Part shown: piece after piece, positions 9,214 to 18,347 of the stretch
Numbering within the stretch: position 1 is the first letter of the stretch
Layout of the letters: every line of letters begins with the position of its first letter
Source of the DNA: Pirellulales bacterium
GTDB lineage: Bacteria; Planctomycetota; Planctomycetia; Pirellulales; PALSA-1355
Direction of reading: 5' to 3'
Assembly: GCA_035496575.1 (NCBI GenBank)
Contig: DATJEN010000073.1
Coordinates: 1-59,464 of the forward strand
DNA: 59,464 nt
The notes under the pieces: model-generated
What the model was told of the DNA's origin: nothing
The model's database searches: none
What the model saw: only the letters and a program-made list of their open reading frames with translations
Program-made: the position numbers and the translations under genes

Positions 9214-10722
9214 ATGTGTAACATGTTCATGAAACGCACGGCAATCTGCCTGTTGGCGTTCGGAGCCCTGGTAATGGGGATCTCGGGCAGCTTCGCGCAA
9301 GTGCCCGCCAACTCCAACCTGGACTATGAGACACCGCAGCCCCGTTATGAAAACGGCAGTGCGCCGTTTGCGGAGTCCGATCCGCGTTCACACAATTCGT
9401 GGCTGCCGTTCAAGCCGGTCGGCGTTCAACCCAGTTGGGATTGGTTCGCTCCGGCGGACACGAGCAGCTATGGCAACGGGCCACGCTCGAAGATTGGTTG
9501 GTTCTTCAGCTTCGAGCGCGTGCTGTGGTCGTTGGGGGCGCCCAAGCCGGCATTGATCGGCGACCCGAACGCCTCTTTCGCTCAACCCTTTATAACGCCC
9601 AGCTCTAGCACCGCCGATACCGGTTTTTTGACGGCCAACCCAGCTTGGGGTAACCGCTGGGAAATCGGGTTCGTCGACAACGACAACTATGGCTGGCTGG
9701 TGAGCGTGCTCGACCATGTCTCGCAAGGCCAGCACAAGGTCTTCGAGAATCCGCTGATTCAGTTCGGCGACCCAAATAATCTGCTCAGCGGTTTTGTGCC
9801 GGCCTTGGATCCGGTAACGGGCGGCATTATCGACGCGGACTTGAACCACAACAATGTCTTCGGACGGTCCGGTCTCGACTTGGGACGTCCGAACCCCGCG
9901 GTGCCTCCGCCGTTCTTCGTACCGCCGCCAGACGGCCATCCCGATACGCCAGCGCCCACCGACAACGGCGATCGCGTGCAGTTTCCGATCATTTTCAACT
10001 TGCTTGACGTTAAAAACATCACGCGCTTGAACGGTATTGAGATCATGCGCATGTACCGGGCCCCGCGGATGCACAATGGTGGCTTCTTCGACGTGCTGTA
10101 TGGTGTTCGCTATTTGCAGATCGACGACACGTTCAAGGTGTTCGGCACCAATACGGTCAATACCGTGATCACCGATATCTTCACGGGAGCCACGACTGGG
10201 ACCACCACCATCGATACCACCAACCCATTGGCCGATAGCGCCTTTTCAATCCGCGCCCAGAACAATGTCGTGGGTCCGCAGATCGGCTTCCGCTATGCAA
10301 ACACCCGCGGCCGCTGGACGAACTCGATGGAAGCCCGTTTCGAGGCCGGTGCCAATTTTCAGAATGTGCATTTGAAATCCTCGCTGGGCAGCCAACTATT
10401 TAACAACCCGACATTCACCACTTCGGTCCAGAACATCTTCGTGGGGAGCAATATCAATCTTTTGCACGGCTTCGGAAGCGACGTGCACGCCCACGCCGTT
10501 ACCTTCTCGCCGGTTGGCGAACTCCGTTTCCAGACGGTGTGCGCGGTCACAAAGAGCGTGGGCCTCAAGTTCGGATACACCGGCCTCGTGGTGGGCAACA
10601 TCACGCGTGCCAGCAATCGTATCGATTATTCCCAAAACAACCTGATTAGCATCACGGGCGGCGGAATCCACCAGCTCTTCTTCTCGAACGGTGTCAACTT
10701 CGGCGTCGAAATCAATCGCTAG
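9214..10722 (+). CDS. outer-membrane beta-barrel protein (BBP7-like, planctomycete type)
   Basis: Signal peptide MKRTAICLLAFGALVMGISGSFAQ, then alternating beta-strand-like segments up to the C-terminal FSNGVNFGVEINR. Possible starts are 9214, 9223 or 9229. Confidence 0.55.
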   Translation: MCNMFMKRTAICLLAFGALVMGISGSFAQVPANSNLDYETPQPRYENGSAPFAESDPRSHNSWLPFKPVGVQPSWDWFAPADTSSYGNGPRSKIGWFFSFERVLWSLGAPKPALIGDPNASFAQPFITPSSSTADTGFLTANPAWGNRWEIGFVDNDNYGWLVSVLDHVSQGQHKVFENPLIQFGDPNNLLSGFVPALDPVTGGIIDADLNHNNVFGRSGLDLGRPNPAVPPPFFVPPPDGHPDTPAPTDNGDRVQFPIIFNLLDVKNITRLNGIEIMRMYRAPRMHNGGFFDVLYGVRYLQIDDTFKVFGTNTVNTVITDIFTGATTGTTTIDTTNPLADSAFSIRAQNNVVGPQIGFRYANTRGRWTNSMEARFEAGANFQNVHLKSSLGSQLFNNPTFTTSVQNIFVGSNINLLHGFGSDVHAHAVTFSPVGELRFQTVCAVTKSVGLKFGYTGLVVGNITRASNRIDYSQNNLISITGGGIHQLFFSNGVNFGVEINR

Positions 10723-10788
10723 GCAACCGACCGACCATTTGGGCCTGAAGCTGGTGGTTGCGATCGTTTGGTTGGCGCGCGATGCTTG

Positions 10789-10800
10789 AGCAGGCCTGCT
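10789..10800. promoter_or_regulatory. perfect 12-bp palindrome AGCAGGCCTGCT upstream of the SDR gene
   Basis: Read directly from the sequence, 54 nt upstream of the ATG at 10854. Operator candidate only. Confidence 0.2.
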
Positions 10801-10853
10801 GAATCATCCCGCATTGGAAGTTGCCGTGGACAAATCGCGGCCGTCTCCTCCCC

Positions 10854-11828
10854 ATGCTGACTCTGGTAACCGGCGCGACCGGCCTGCTGGGCAATAACGT
10901 CGTGCGCCACTTGCTCGCGGACGGACATTCGGTACGCGTGTTGGCGCGAGGGCAATCCGATCCGCGGCCGCTGGCGGGATTAAACGTCGACGTCGCCCGC
11001 GGCGACATCTGCGATCGCGACGCCGTGGTTCGTGCCATGGCGGGCATCGAGCTCGTGATCCATGCCGCCGGACACGTGCACATTGGCTGGACGGGTTTAG
11101 CCACGAGCCGCTTCATCAACGTTGAAGGCACGCGAAACCTGGCCGAAGCGGCCTTGGACCAGCGCGCTTGTTTCGTGCACGTATCGAGCCTCGATGCGCT
11201 TGGGCTGCCGGCGGCCGGGTGCACCGCCGACGAAGAAACGGCGCCCGTGGGAGGCGTGCTATGCCCGTATGTCGTCACCAAGCGCGAGGCCGAGCAGGTG
11301 GTGCTAGCTCTGGCGGACAAAGGGCTCGACGCACGCATCGTGAACCCAGGTTTTATGATCGGCCCCAATGACTGGAAGCCTTCCTCGGGTCGTATGCTGC
11401 TGCATGTCGCCAAAGGTTGGGGATTGTGGGCTCCCCTGGGCTCGAACAGCTACTGCGACGTGCGCGACGTGGCCTCTGGCATCATGGCTGCCGTTGAACG
11501 CGGCAGGCAGGGCCGGCGGTACATCCTGGCCGGCGAAGTCCTCAGCTACTTTCAAGCGTGGCGAGTGTTTGCCGAGGTGACGGGCGGCACGCCACCCGTG
11601 TTTCCGGCCGGTCCACTGGTTCGGATCGGCGCGGGCGCGTTTGGCGATCTGATGGCGCGCGTGACCGGCCGCGAACCAGACGTGAACTCGGCAGCCACGG
11701 CGATCTCGGCGCAAAAGCGCAACTTCTCGAGCCAGCGCGCGCGAGACGAGCTCGATTACCGGCTACGACCCTTGCGGCAAGCCGCCGCCGATGCCTGGGC
11801 CTGGTTCCGCGCGAATGGCTACGTGTAG
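10854..11828 (+). CDS. NAD-dependent epimerase/dehydratase-family SDR reductase
   Basis: Trimmed to ATG 10854 (MLTLVTGATGLLGNNVV Rossmann motif). Catalytic YxxxK is present in PYVVTKREAE. About 324 aa. Confidence 0.85.
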   Translation: MLTLVTGATGLLGNNVVRHLLADGHSVRVLARGQSDPRPLAGLNVDVARGDICDRDAVVRAMAGIELVIHAAGHVHIGWTGLATSRFINVEGTRNLAEAALDQRACFVHVSSLDALGLPAAGCTADEETAPVGGVLCPYVVTKREAEQVVLALADKGLDARIVNPGFMIGPNDWKPSSGRMLLHVAKGWGLWAPLGSNSYCDVRDVASGIMAAVERGRQGRRYILAGEVLSYFQAWRVFAEVTGGTPPVFPAGPLVRIGAGAFGDLMARVTGREPDVNSAATAISAQKRNFSSQRARDELDYRLRPLRQAAADAWAWFRANGYV

Positions 11829-11831
11829 CTG

Positions 11832-14800
11832 CTAGACTCGGCGGCTTGCGTGATAAGTTTCGGCCGCGGGCGCTGCGTGCACGTCATCGCCATGACCGTT
11901 GGCGCTCCGCGAGTGCTGGAGGTACGCCGGGTTGATTTTTTCGAGCTCTTCGCTCACGGCCTCAACCGTATCGCGAATCTGCGCTTCGCTGTGCTCGGAG
12001 GTGACGAAGAATCGCAGCCGAGCGGCTTTCTCCTCCACGGCCGGATGCAGAATCGGCTGCACATTGATCCCGCGCTCGAACAAGGCCTGCGACAAACGTA
12101 AGCAGTCGGTCGAATTGCCCAAGATGACCGGCACCACGGCGGTGCCATGGCTCATGCCCGTGTTCAGGCCGCGTTGGCGAGCCAGCGTCAGGAACAGCTC
12201 GGCACGGGCGCGCAGGCGGGCCACGCGCTCGGGCTCATCTTCGATCAGCCGCAGCGCGGCAAGCGCGGCGGCCGCGTTCGATGGACTGATACCCGCCGCG
12301 AAGACAAAGCTGGGCGCCGTATACTTCAGGTATTCAACCAGCGTGCGGCTGCCCGCGATGTAACCGCCGCAGCTTCCGAACGCCTTGCTCAACGTGCCCA
12401 TCCAGATATCGACGTCGCGCGTCGAAACGTCGAAGTGCTCGCCGATTCCACGGCCGGTCGCTCCCAGCACGCCGATGGAGTGGGCTTCGTCGACATACAG
12501 CAAGGCCTTGTGCCGTTTCTTCACTTCGATGAACTGCGGCAAATCGGCGATATCGCCGTCCATGCTATAAACGCCTTCGATGGCGATCACCACACGGCGG
12601 TAAGCCGGCCGTAACTCAGCGAGCAGCTTGTCGAGCGCCGCCCAGTCGTTGTGCGGGAAAGCACGTCGCCGAGCGCCCGAGAGCATGGCGCCCTGCAAGA
12701 TGCTGTTATGGGCCAGCGCATCGTGAAGGATCAGATCGCCTGGCCCGAACAAATGCCCCAGCGTGCCTTCATTCGTGCTGTGCCCGCCCACGAACATCAG
12801 GGCGGCCTCCACGTCCAAAAATCTCGCGAGGGCCTGCTCGAACTCGAGGTGGATGGTCTTCTCGCCGGAAACCAGGCGGCTAGCCGACACGCTTGTGCCG
12901 TAGCGGTCGATGGCGCGTTTGGCGGCGGTCTTCACGCGAGGATCACCGGAGGCACCGATGTAGTTGTAGCTGGCGAAGCTCACCATCTCGCGGCCGCCGA
13001 TTTGCGTCGTGTCGTTGATGATCCGTTCGTGAACTTTGAAGAACGGATTCATGAACCCGGCGCCCGTGATCTCCTCCATCTGTTGCTTGAGCCGTAAATA
13101 CTCGGGGAAGCACTCGATGCGGTAGCTCTCGGGCGGAACTTCGCGGGGGGCCTCGCGATGATCGCGCGCATGGGGCGTGGGGCCGAGATACGCCTCGACC
13201 GCGGCCGCCACCTCGCGACAGCTCTCGATCTGAGGCAGCACGTCCTCGGGAAATCGGCCGCCGTAGGTCTCTTCGAGCGACGCGATGATTTCCATGCGCT
13301 CGAGCGAGTCGAGGCCAAGCTCGACAATCGAACTATCGAGTGTCAGGCCAACCGCGCGCTCCTTGGCCACCCGCCGCACGTGCTCCATCACGATTTCCGC
13401 CGTGCTGGCACTGGCCAATGGCTTGCGTGGCGCTTCGCTGGCCGGGACGGTGACGCGCCGCTCGCGAGTCGCCGCGATCTCGGTTGGCGTGGCCGGCTGA
13501 GCGGCTTCCCAGCTCTTCCACTCGGCCACGATGTCCAGCGCGCCGTCCAGGAAAGCTTGTTTGCAGGCGTGTCGTTGAATTTTTCCGCTCGAGGTCTTGG
13601 GAATACTGCCGGCTTTGATCAGAACGACGGCCTCGAGCTGCAGCTCGTGCTCGCTGGCGACCTCTTTGCGGATGACATCGAAAACGCCGTCGAGCTCGCG
13701 CTGCTGACGCCGTTCAATCTCGTGCACGATAACCAGCCGGTCGGTGCTGCCGATCTCGACCGTAAACGCCGCGCCATTGCCCGGTCGCAAGCGCGGATGC
13801 GACCTTCCGACCGTCAATTCGATGTCTTGGGGATAGTGGTTCAGCCCGCGAATGATGATCAGGTCCTTGAGGCGACCGGTGATGAAGAGCTCGCCATCCT
13901 TCATGAAGCCCAAATCGCCGGTGCGCAAAAACGGACCCTCTCCGGTGTCTTTCAGGTAGGCGCGGAAGGTGCGATCGGTTTCTTCCGCCCGATTCCAATA
14001 CCCTTGCGCTACGCTGGGCCCGCACACCCACACTTCGCCGACATGATCCGTGGGAACCGCCAGCATTTTGTCCGGGTCGGCGATCACGATCCGTTCGTCG
14101 AGCAAGTTGCCACCGCTGCCCACGAGTTCGCGAGCGCCCTCTTCGTCAGCCAGCGCGTCGAGGACCTGGTTCGATTCGAGCGCCAGGGCATCGAACGTGC
14201 GCACCACCGGAGGCGCGGCTTTGAATCCACCGGAGACAATCAGCGTCGACTCGGCCATCCCATAGCAGGGATAGAACGCCTCGCGGCGGAAGCCAACCGG
14301 CTCGAACATCTTCGTGAATTGGTCGATCGTGTCGGCGCGCACCGGCTCGGCGCCATTGAACGCCAGGCACCAATTGCTGAGATCGAGCGTGGCGAGCTGA
14401 TCGGGCGTGATCTTGCGCACGCACAAGTCGTAAGCGAAGTTGGGGCCGCCGCTGATCGTGCAGCGATATCGCGAAATGGCCTTCAGCCAGCGATACGGTT
14501 TCTGCAGAAACGACATCGGCGACAGCAGCACGTTGGCCTGACCGATATACAAAGGCTGCAGAATCCCGCCGATCAGCCCCATGTCATGGTAGCTGGGCAG
14601 CCAGAACACGCCGCTGCCGCTGCGCGTGTGCTCGAACGCGTAGGCGATCGAGGCCGAGTTGTGCATCAAATTCGAATGATTCAGGATCACGCCCTTGGGC
14701 GTGCCGGTCGAGCCCGACGTGTACTGCAAAAACGCCAAGGTGTCGCCATGCACGTCCGGTTGGCCCCATTCGTTTTCAGAACCGGCGGGCAACTGGTCCG

Positions 14801-15266
14801 TGCACAGCCATGCAATTTGCTTGAGGCTGGGGCTTTGGTCGAGCACCGATTGAACCCGTTCCCACACGGGAAACGTCGTCAGCGCGATCTTGGCTTGTGC
14901 GTCGTCGACAATCGCCTGAATCCGCGATAGCGAGCGGTTCCTTCGCGGAGGATAGGCCGGCACGGCAACCACCCCGGCATATAAGCAACCAAAAAAGGCC
15001 GCGATGAATTCCAGCCCCGCCGGGTACAACAGCAGCGCGCGTTCGCCTTCCAGATCCATGGCCTGCAGGCGGCCCGCCACAGCCCGCGCCTGCCGATCCA
15101 GCTCCTCATAGGTCCAATGAACCTCCTCCGTCTCGCCGTCGACCAGGTACGTAAACGCTCGGTCGTGGGCCTGATGCGCAGCCCGATGCCGGAGCAGGTC
15201 GACCAGGTTCGAGGGTCCGAAAAAGGATCCGGGCAGATGATCGCGGTGCACGTCTGGTGAACTCAC
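11832..15266 (-). CDS. tri-domain fatty acyl-AMP ligase / carrier protein / PLP-dependent alpha-oxoamine synthase (BioF/Spt/Kbl family) fusion
   Basis: 1144 aa with a GTG start at 15266. Adenylation core FLQYTSGSTGTPKGVILNH. Carrier motif LGLDSLERMEI (Ser654, codon 13305-13307). AOS domain with DEAHSIGVLG and GTLSKAFGSCGG (Lys961, codon 12384-12386). Confidence 0.9.
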   Translation of the reverse strand: MSSPDVHRDHLPGSFFGPSNLVDLLRHRAAHQAHDRAFTYLVDGETEEVHWTYEELDRQARAVAGRLQAMDLEGERALLLYPAGLEFIAAFFGCLYAGVVAVPAYPPRRNRSLSRIQAIVDDAQAKIALTTFPVWERVQSVLDQSPSLKQIAWLCTDQLPAGSENEWGQPDVHGDTLAFLQYTSGSTGTPKGVILNHSNLMHNSASIAYAFEHTRSGSGVFWLPSYHDMGLIGGILQPLYIGQANVLLSPMSFLQKPYRWLKAISRYRCTISGGPNFAYDLCVRKITPDQLATLDLSNWCLAFNGAEPVRADTIDQFTKMFEPVGFRREAFYPCYGMAESTLIVSGGFKAAPPVVRTFDALALESNQVLDALADEEGARELVGSGGNLLDERIVIADPDKMLAVPTDHVGEVWVCGPSVAQGYWNRAEETDRTFRAYLKDTGEGPFLRTGDLGFMKDGELFITGRLKDLIIIRGLNHYPQDIELTVGRSHPRLRPGNGAAFTVEIGSTDRLVIVHEIERRQQRELDGVFDVIRKEVASEHELQLEAVVLIKAGSIPKTSSGKIQRHACKQAFLDGALDIVAEWKSWEAAQPATPTEIAATRERRVTVPASEAPRKPLASASTAEIVMEHVRRVAKERAVGLTLDSSIVELGLDSLERMEIIASLEETYGGRFPEDVLPQIESCREVAAAVEAYLGPTPHARDHREAPREVPPESYRIECFPEYLRLKQQMEEITGAGFMNPFFKVHERIINDTTQIGGREMVSFASYNYIGASGDPRVKTAAKRAIDRYGTSVSASRLVSGEKTIHLEFEQALARFLDVEAALMFVGGHSTNEGTLGHLFGPGDLILHDALAHNSILQGAMLSGARRRAFPHNDWAALDKLLAELRPAYRRVVIAIEGVYSMDGDIADLPQFIEVKKRHKALLYVDEAHSIGVLGATGRGIGEHFDVSTRDVDIWMGTLSKAFGSCGGYIAGSRTLVEYLKYTAPSFVFAAGISPSNAAAALAALRLIEDEPERVARLRARAELFLTLARQRGLNTGMSHGTAVVPVILGNSTDCLRLSQALFERGINVQPILHPAVEEKAARLRFFVTSEHSEAQIRDTVEAVSEELEKINPAYLQHSRSANGHGDDVHAAPAAETYHASRRV

Positions 15267-15473
15267 ATCGTGGGACTATGGATAACGCAAGCTGCGCATG
15301 GGCGGCTTATCCCTTAGCATCGGACCGCACACGCCCGAGACCGATTTCTCGTTTCGCGTGGCGTTGCAGCTTTCCAGGGAACCCGGGGAGGTGCTGGCAG
15401 GTGATGTGCGTAGCCCCCTGTCTTGCGGCCGTCAGGCTCGCTCTAACCGAAAAAGTTCAGCATCTTGGACCGA

Positions 15474-15500
15474 TACAAAATACCACGCTTGCCCAGCGTG
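15474..15500 (-). terminator. hairpin plus U-rich tract between the 73-aa gene and the FAAL-fusion gene
   Basis: Minus strand reads CACGCT-gggca-AGCGTG followed by GTATTTTGTA. It lies about 90 nt downstream of the stop at 15588. Confidence 0.4.
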
Positions 15501-15587
15501 TTCAAACCACGGGAAGCGACGTTCGGGCCGGTTTCTTGTGCGAATTGGCAGGGTGGTTTGAGGATCGCACAGTCGGACCCGTGAGGA

Positions 15588-15809
15588 TCAGTTCCAGTCG
15601 AGCCCAGTCAGCTTCTTGATGCGGCTCGTGTAGTCGCCGAGCAGGCCTCCGATGACGCTCCATCCGCCACGTTGCATGAGCTCGATGTCGCCCTGCGGGT
15701 TGATGCGAATTTTGCTGTCGTCTTTGACACCGGCGGCGCGAAGCTGCCTGACCTCATTCTCGTCGGTGAGCTTGAGCAACGTGGCGCCGTTGATTTCGAC
15801 GAATTTCAT
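15588..15809 (-). CDS. small conserved hypothetical protein (73 aa)
   Basis: MKFVEINGATLLKLTDENEVRQLRAAGVKDDSKIRINPQGDIELMQRGGWSVIGG... has a clean ATG and balanced composition. I recognise no family. Confidence 0.55.
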   Translation of the reverse strand: MKFVEINGATLLKLTDENEVRQLRAAGVKDDSKIRINPQGDIELMQRGGWSVIGGLLGDYTSRIKKLTGLDWN

Positions 15810-15901
15810 GGATGACTCACGTCGTGATGGAACGCGAAAACTTGTGGCCCATCATAACCAACTCGCGCGCTGAATTGAATCATCGGCCCTAAATGGCCCG
15901 C

Positions 15902-16807
15902 TCACTCGGTCATGATTCGAACGGCGTGGCTGAGCTTGATAATGGTGTCCACGTCCAATTGCTCGGCGCGCAGCTCGGGCGAAATTTGATTTTCGGCCAA
16001 TAGGCGGTCGATCGCTCCCTTGTCGAGGCGCTCCTTTAGCCCCGCATGCAGCTCGCCGCGCAGCAGCTTGCGGCGGTGCAAGAACAGCGAGCGCACGAAA
16101 TCGTGAAAGAATTGCAGGTCGCCAATTCGGCCGCGCAGGGCGGGATCGATCTCGATGCGCACGATGGCCGACGTCACCTGGGGGCGTGGCCAGAATACGC
16201 TGGGCGGCAAAACGCGAACCAGCTCCACGCGGGATTGGCTTTGGATCCATACGCTCAGCGCGCCGTAATCCCGCGTATCCGGTCTCGCGGTCATGCGATC
16301 CGCCAACTCCTTCTGAATGGTGACCGTCATGCTGTGCGGCGCTGGCTCGTGAAGAAGCAAGTTCGCGATCACCGGAGTGGCCACGCTATACGGCAGGTTT
16401 GCAACCAGCTTCAGCCGGCGCCCCGGCGCGGCGCGCACTTGGCGCTCGACCTCCTCGATCACGCGCGGATCGATCTGGCTTTTGCTGCGCAGCACGTCCT
16501 GCGCAAGCATGAACACGTTTTCGTGTCCGAATAGTTCCTCGGAGGCGATCTGCCGCAACTGCGGGTCGATTTCAACTGTGACGATGGCCGCAGCCAGGGG
16601 CGCCATCAGCGCCGATAGAGCGCCGGTTCCAGTGCCCACCTCGAGCACGACGTCGGTGGATTCCAACTTCGCGCGCTCGACAATCAAACGCTGCAGATTC
16701 AGATCGATGAGAAAATTCTGCCCGTGCCGTCGATTCAGCCGCACTCCGGCCTCGGAAAAGCGGCGCGCCAAATACGAAATCGTCTGGTGGTCGGGAGAGC
16801 CGGGCAT
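15902..16807 (-). CDS. rsmA: 16S rRNA (adenine1518-N6/adenine1519-N6)-dimethyltransferase
   Basis: HGQNFLIDLNL, the SAM motif VLEVGTGTGALS and NLPYSVATP are KsgA/RsmA signatures. Confidence 0.9.
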   Translation of the reverse strand: MPGSPDHQTISYLARRFSEAGVRLNRRHGQNFLIDLNLQRLIVERAKLESTDVVLEVGTGTGALSALMAPLAAAIVTVEIDPQLRQIASEELFGHENVFMLAQDVLRSKSQIDPRVIEEVERQVRAAPGRRLKLVANLPYSVATPVIANLLLHEPAPHSMTVTIQKELADRMTARPDTRDYGALSVWIQSQSRVELVRVLPPSVFWPRPQVTSAIVRIEIDPALRGRIGDLQFFHDFVRSLFLHRRKLLRGELHAGLKERLDKGAIDRLLAENQISPELRAEQLDVDTIIKLSHAVRIMTE

Positions 16808-16857
16808 TGGAGTTGCCTACCGCGCGGTGCTGGGATGACGCATTCCGCGCCGCAATC

Positions 16858-17457
16858 TCAATGGGGTGCGTCCTGGTCAAGCTGCTTCTGCGCATATTTG
16901 GCCAAGAGATCCGTCTCCAGGTTCACCTTGGCGCCCGGCGCGAGTGATCCCAGCGTGGTCATCTCCAACGTGTGAGGGATCAAGGCGACGCTGAAGCTAT
17001 CGGCGTTCACGTCCACAAGGGTCAGGCTCACCCCATCCACTGCAATCGAGCCCTTGGGCGCCAGGTAGCGGCCCAACTCCCGCGGATACTCAAACCAAAA
17101 TGTCGACCATTCGCGGTCATCCTGGCGCTTGAACAAGCGACCGAGCCCTTCGACGTGTCCGCTGACAAAGTGACCGCCGAGGCGGTCCCCCACGCGCAAC
17201 GAGGGTTCCAGGTTGACACGTGATTCGGCCCGTAATTCGCCCAGATTCGTGCGGCTGAGCGTCTCGGGCCCCACCTCGAAAGCCAAGACCTGGCCCGCTT
17301 GCTCGACGATTGTCAGGCAGCAACCATTCACCGCGATACTGTCTCCCAGTTTCGCGTCGGCGGCAACCAGCGGGGCATGTAATTCGATCCGCGCGCCCGG
17401 TCCTTCGCGCGTGATCGCGCGCAAGGTGCCCAGCTCTTGCACAAGCCCTGTGAACAT
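16858..17457 (-). CDS. ribE: riboflavin synthase alpha chain
   Basis: Begins MFTGLVQELGTL and has the duplicated barrel (GDSIAVNGCCLT / GSIAVDGVSLT). 199 aa. Confidence 0.9.
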   Translation of the reverse strand: MFTGLVQELGTLRAITREGPGARIELHAPLVAADAKLGDSIAVNGCCLTIVEQAGQVLAFEVGPETLSRTNLGELRAESRVNLEPSLRVGDRLGGHFVSGHVEGLGRLFKRQDDREWSTFWFEYPRELGRYLAPKGSIAVDGVSLTLVDVNADSFSVALIPHTLEMTTLGSLAPGAKVNLETDLLAKYAQKQLDQDAPH

Positions 17458-17477
17458 GCGCGTGCTCCGCGGGACGG

Positions 17478-18347
17478 TCAGAAAATGGGATCGTGTGCTG
17501 CGCGGCGGTAAAACACACGTTGCGCCGCATAGCGCAGCGGAGCGGCCAGCACGAAGATGCAGCCGATGATCGGACCCGAGTAGCCCCGAATCGACATGAT
17601 GGCCACGAACGCGAACACCAGCGCCACAATATGTCCAAAGCTCCGCTGACCGCGCAACACCTGGTTCACCACGTGCGGGTAAGGAATACGCGAGACCATG
17701 AGTAGCGCCACCAGAAGCGCGAAAAACGGCAGGATGGTTTGCACCCAGGTGTCGATCTCTTCCGCGTACATCAATGTCGCGCCCTCGCGGCGCAGCTCAT
17801 AGAACAAGATGGCGAATCCGGCGATCGATGCGGCGGCGGCGGGCGAGGGCAATCCACTGAAGTTCATGTGGTCGTCTTCTTCGCCCGACTCGACATTGAA
17901 CCGCGCCAGGCGCAATGCCGCGCAGGCGGCAAACGCCGCGGCAATCAGCCAGATCTTGTCGTGCGAATAGGTGAAGCTCGGACACATTTTCACTAACAAG
18001 AACCCGGGCGCCACCCCGAACGATACCACGTCGCATAAGCTGTCGAGCTGCGCGCCAAAATCGGAGCTGCTGCGGGACAGCCGGGCCACGTGGCCATCCA
18101 ACGCGTCAAAGATCATGGCCAGAAAAATCAGCCAGCCGCTGAGCATGATATTGTGCGTGTCATTAGTTGGATCGAGTTGCTTCATGACTCGCGTCGGGTT
18201 CTTGAAGACGATGTCCACCGCTTGAGGCGGTTCCAGCGAGGTGGGCCGTTCGACGCGCGCAGCGACCACAATGGCAAAAAAGCCACAGATCAGGTTGGCC
18301 AACGTAAAAACCGTGGGGAAGACGGCGACGGTGCGAATTTTGTTCAT
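17478..18347 (-). CDS. pssA: CDP-diacylglycerol--serine O-phosphatidyltransferase
   Basis: CDP-alcohol phosphatidyltransferase motif DALDGHVARLSRSSSDFGAQLDSLCD in a polytopic membrane profile. Its ATG overlaps the psd stop (ATGA at 18344-18347). Confidence 0.9.
   Translation of the reverse strand: MNKIRTVAVFPTVFTLANLICGFFAIVVAARVERPTSLEPPQAVDIVFKNPTRVMKQLDPTNDTHNIMLSGWLIFLAMIFDALDGHVARLSRSSSDFGAQLDSLCDVVSFGVAPGFLLVKMCPSFTYSHDKIWLIAAAFAACAALRLARFNVESGEEDDHMNFSGLPSPAAAASIAGFAILFYELRREGATLMYAEEIDTWVQTILPFFALLVALLMVSRIPYPHVVNQVLRGQRSFGHIVALVFAFVAIMSIRGYSGPIIGCIFVLAAPLRYAAQRVFYRRAAHDPIF

Noticed and set aside
13158-14930. Very long antisense ORFs opposite real genes (13158..14930, 21835..23130, 46747..48225, 28762..30057, 42337..43371, 33143..34210, 57452..58504, 58534..59355, 42..1100 and others)
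   Set aside because: Their translations are Arg/Ala/Gly/His-rich, low in Lys/Asn/Ile, and lack recognisable motifs. The opposite strand meanwhile encodes proteins with clear family signatures. Long stop-free shadow frames are expected in GC-rich DNA.
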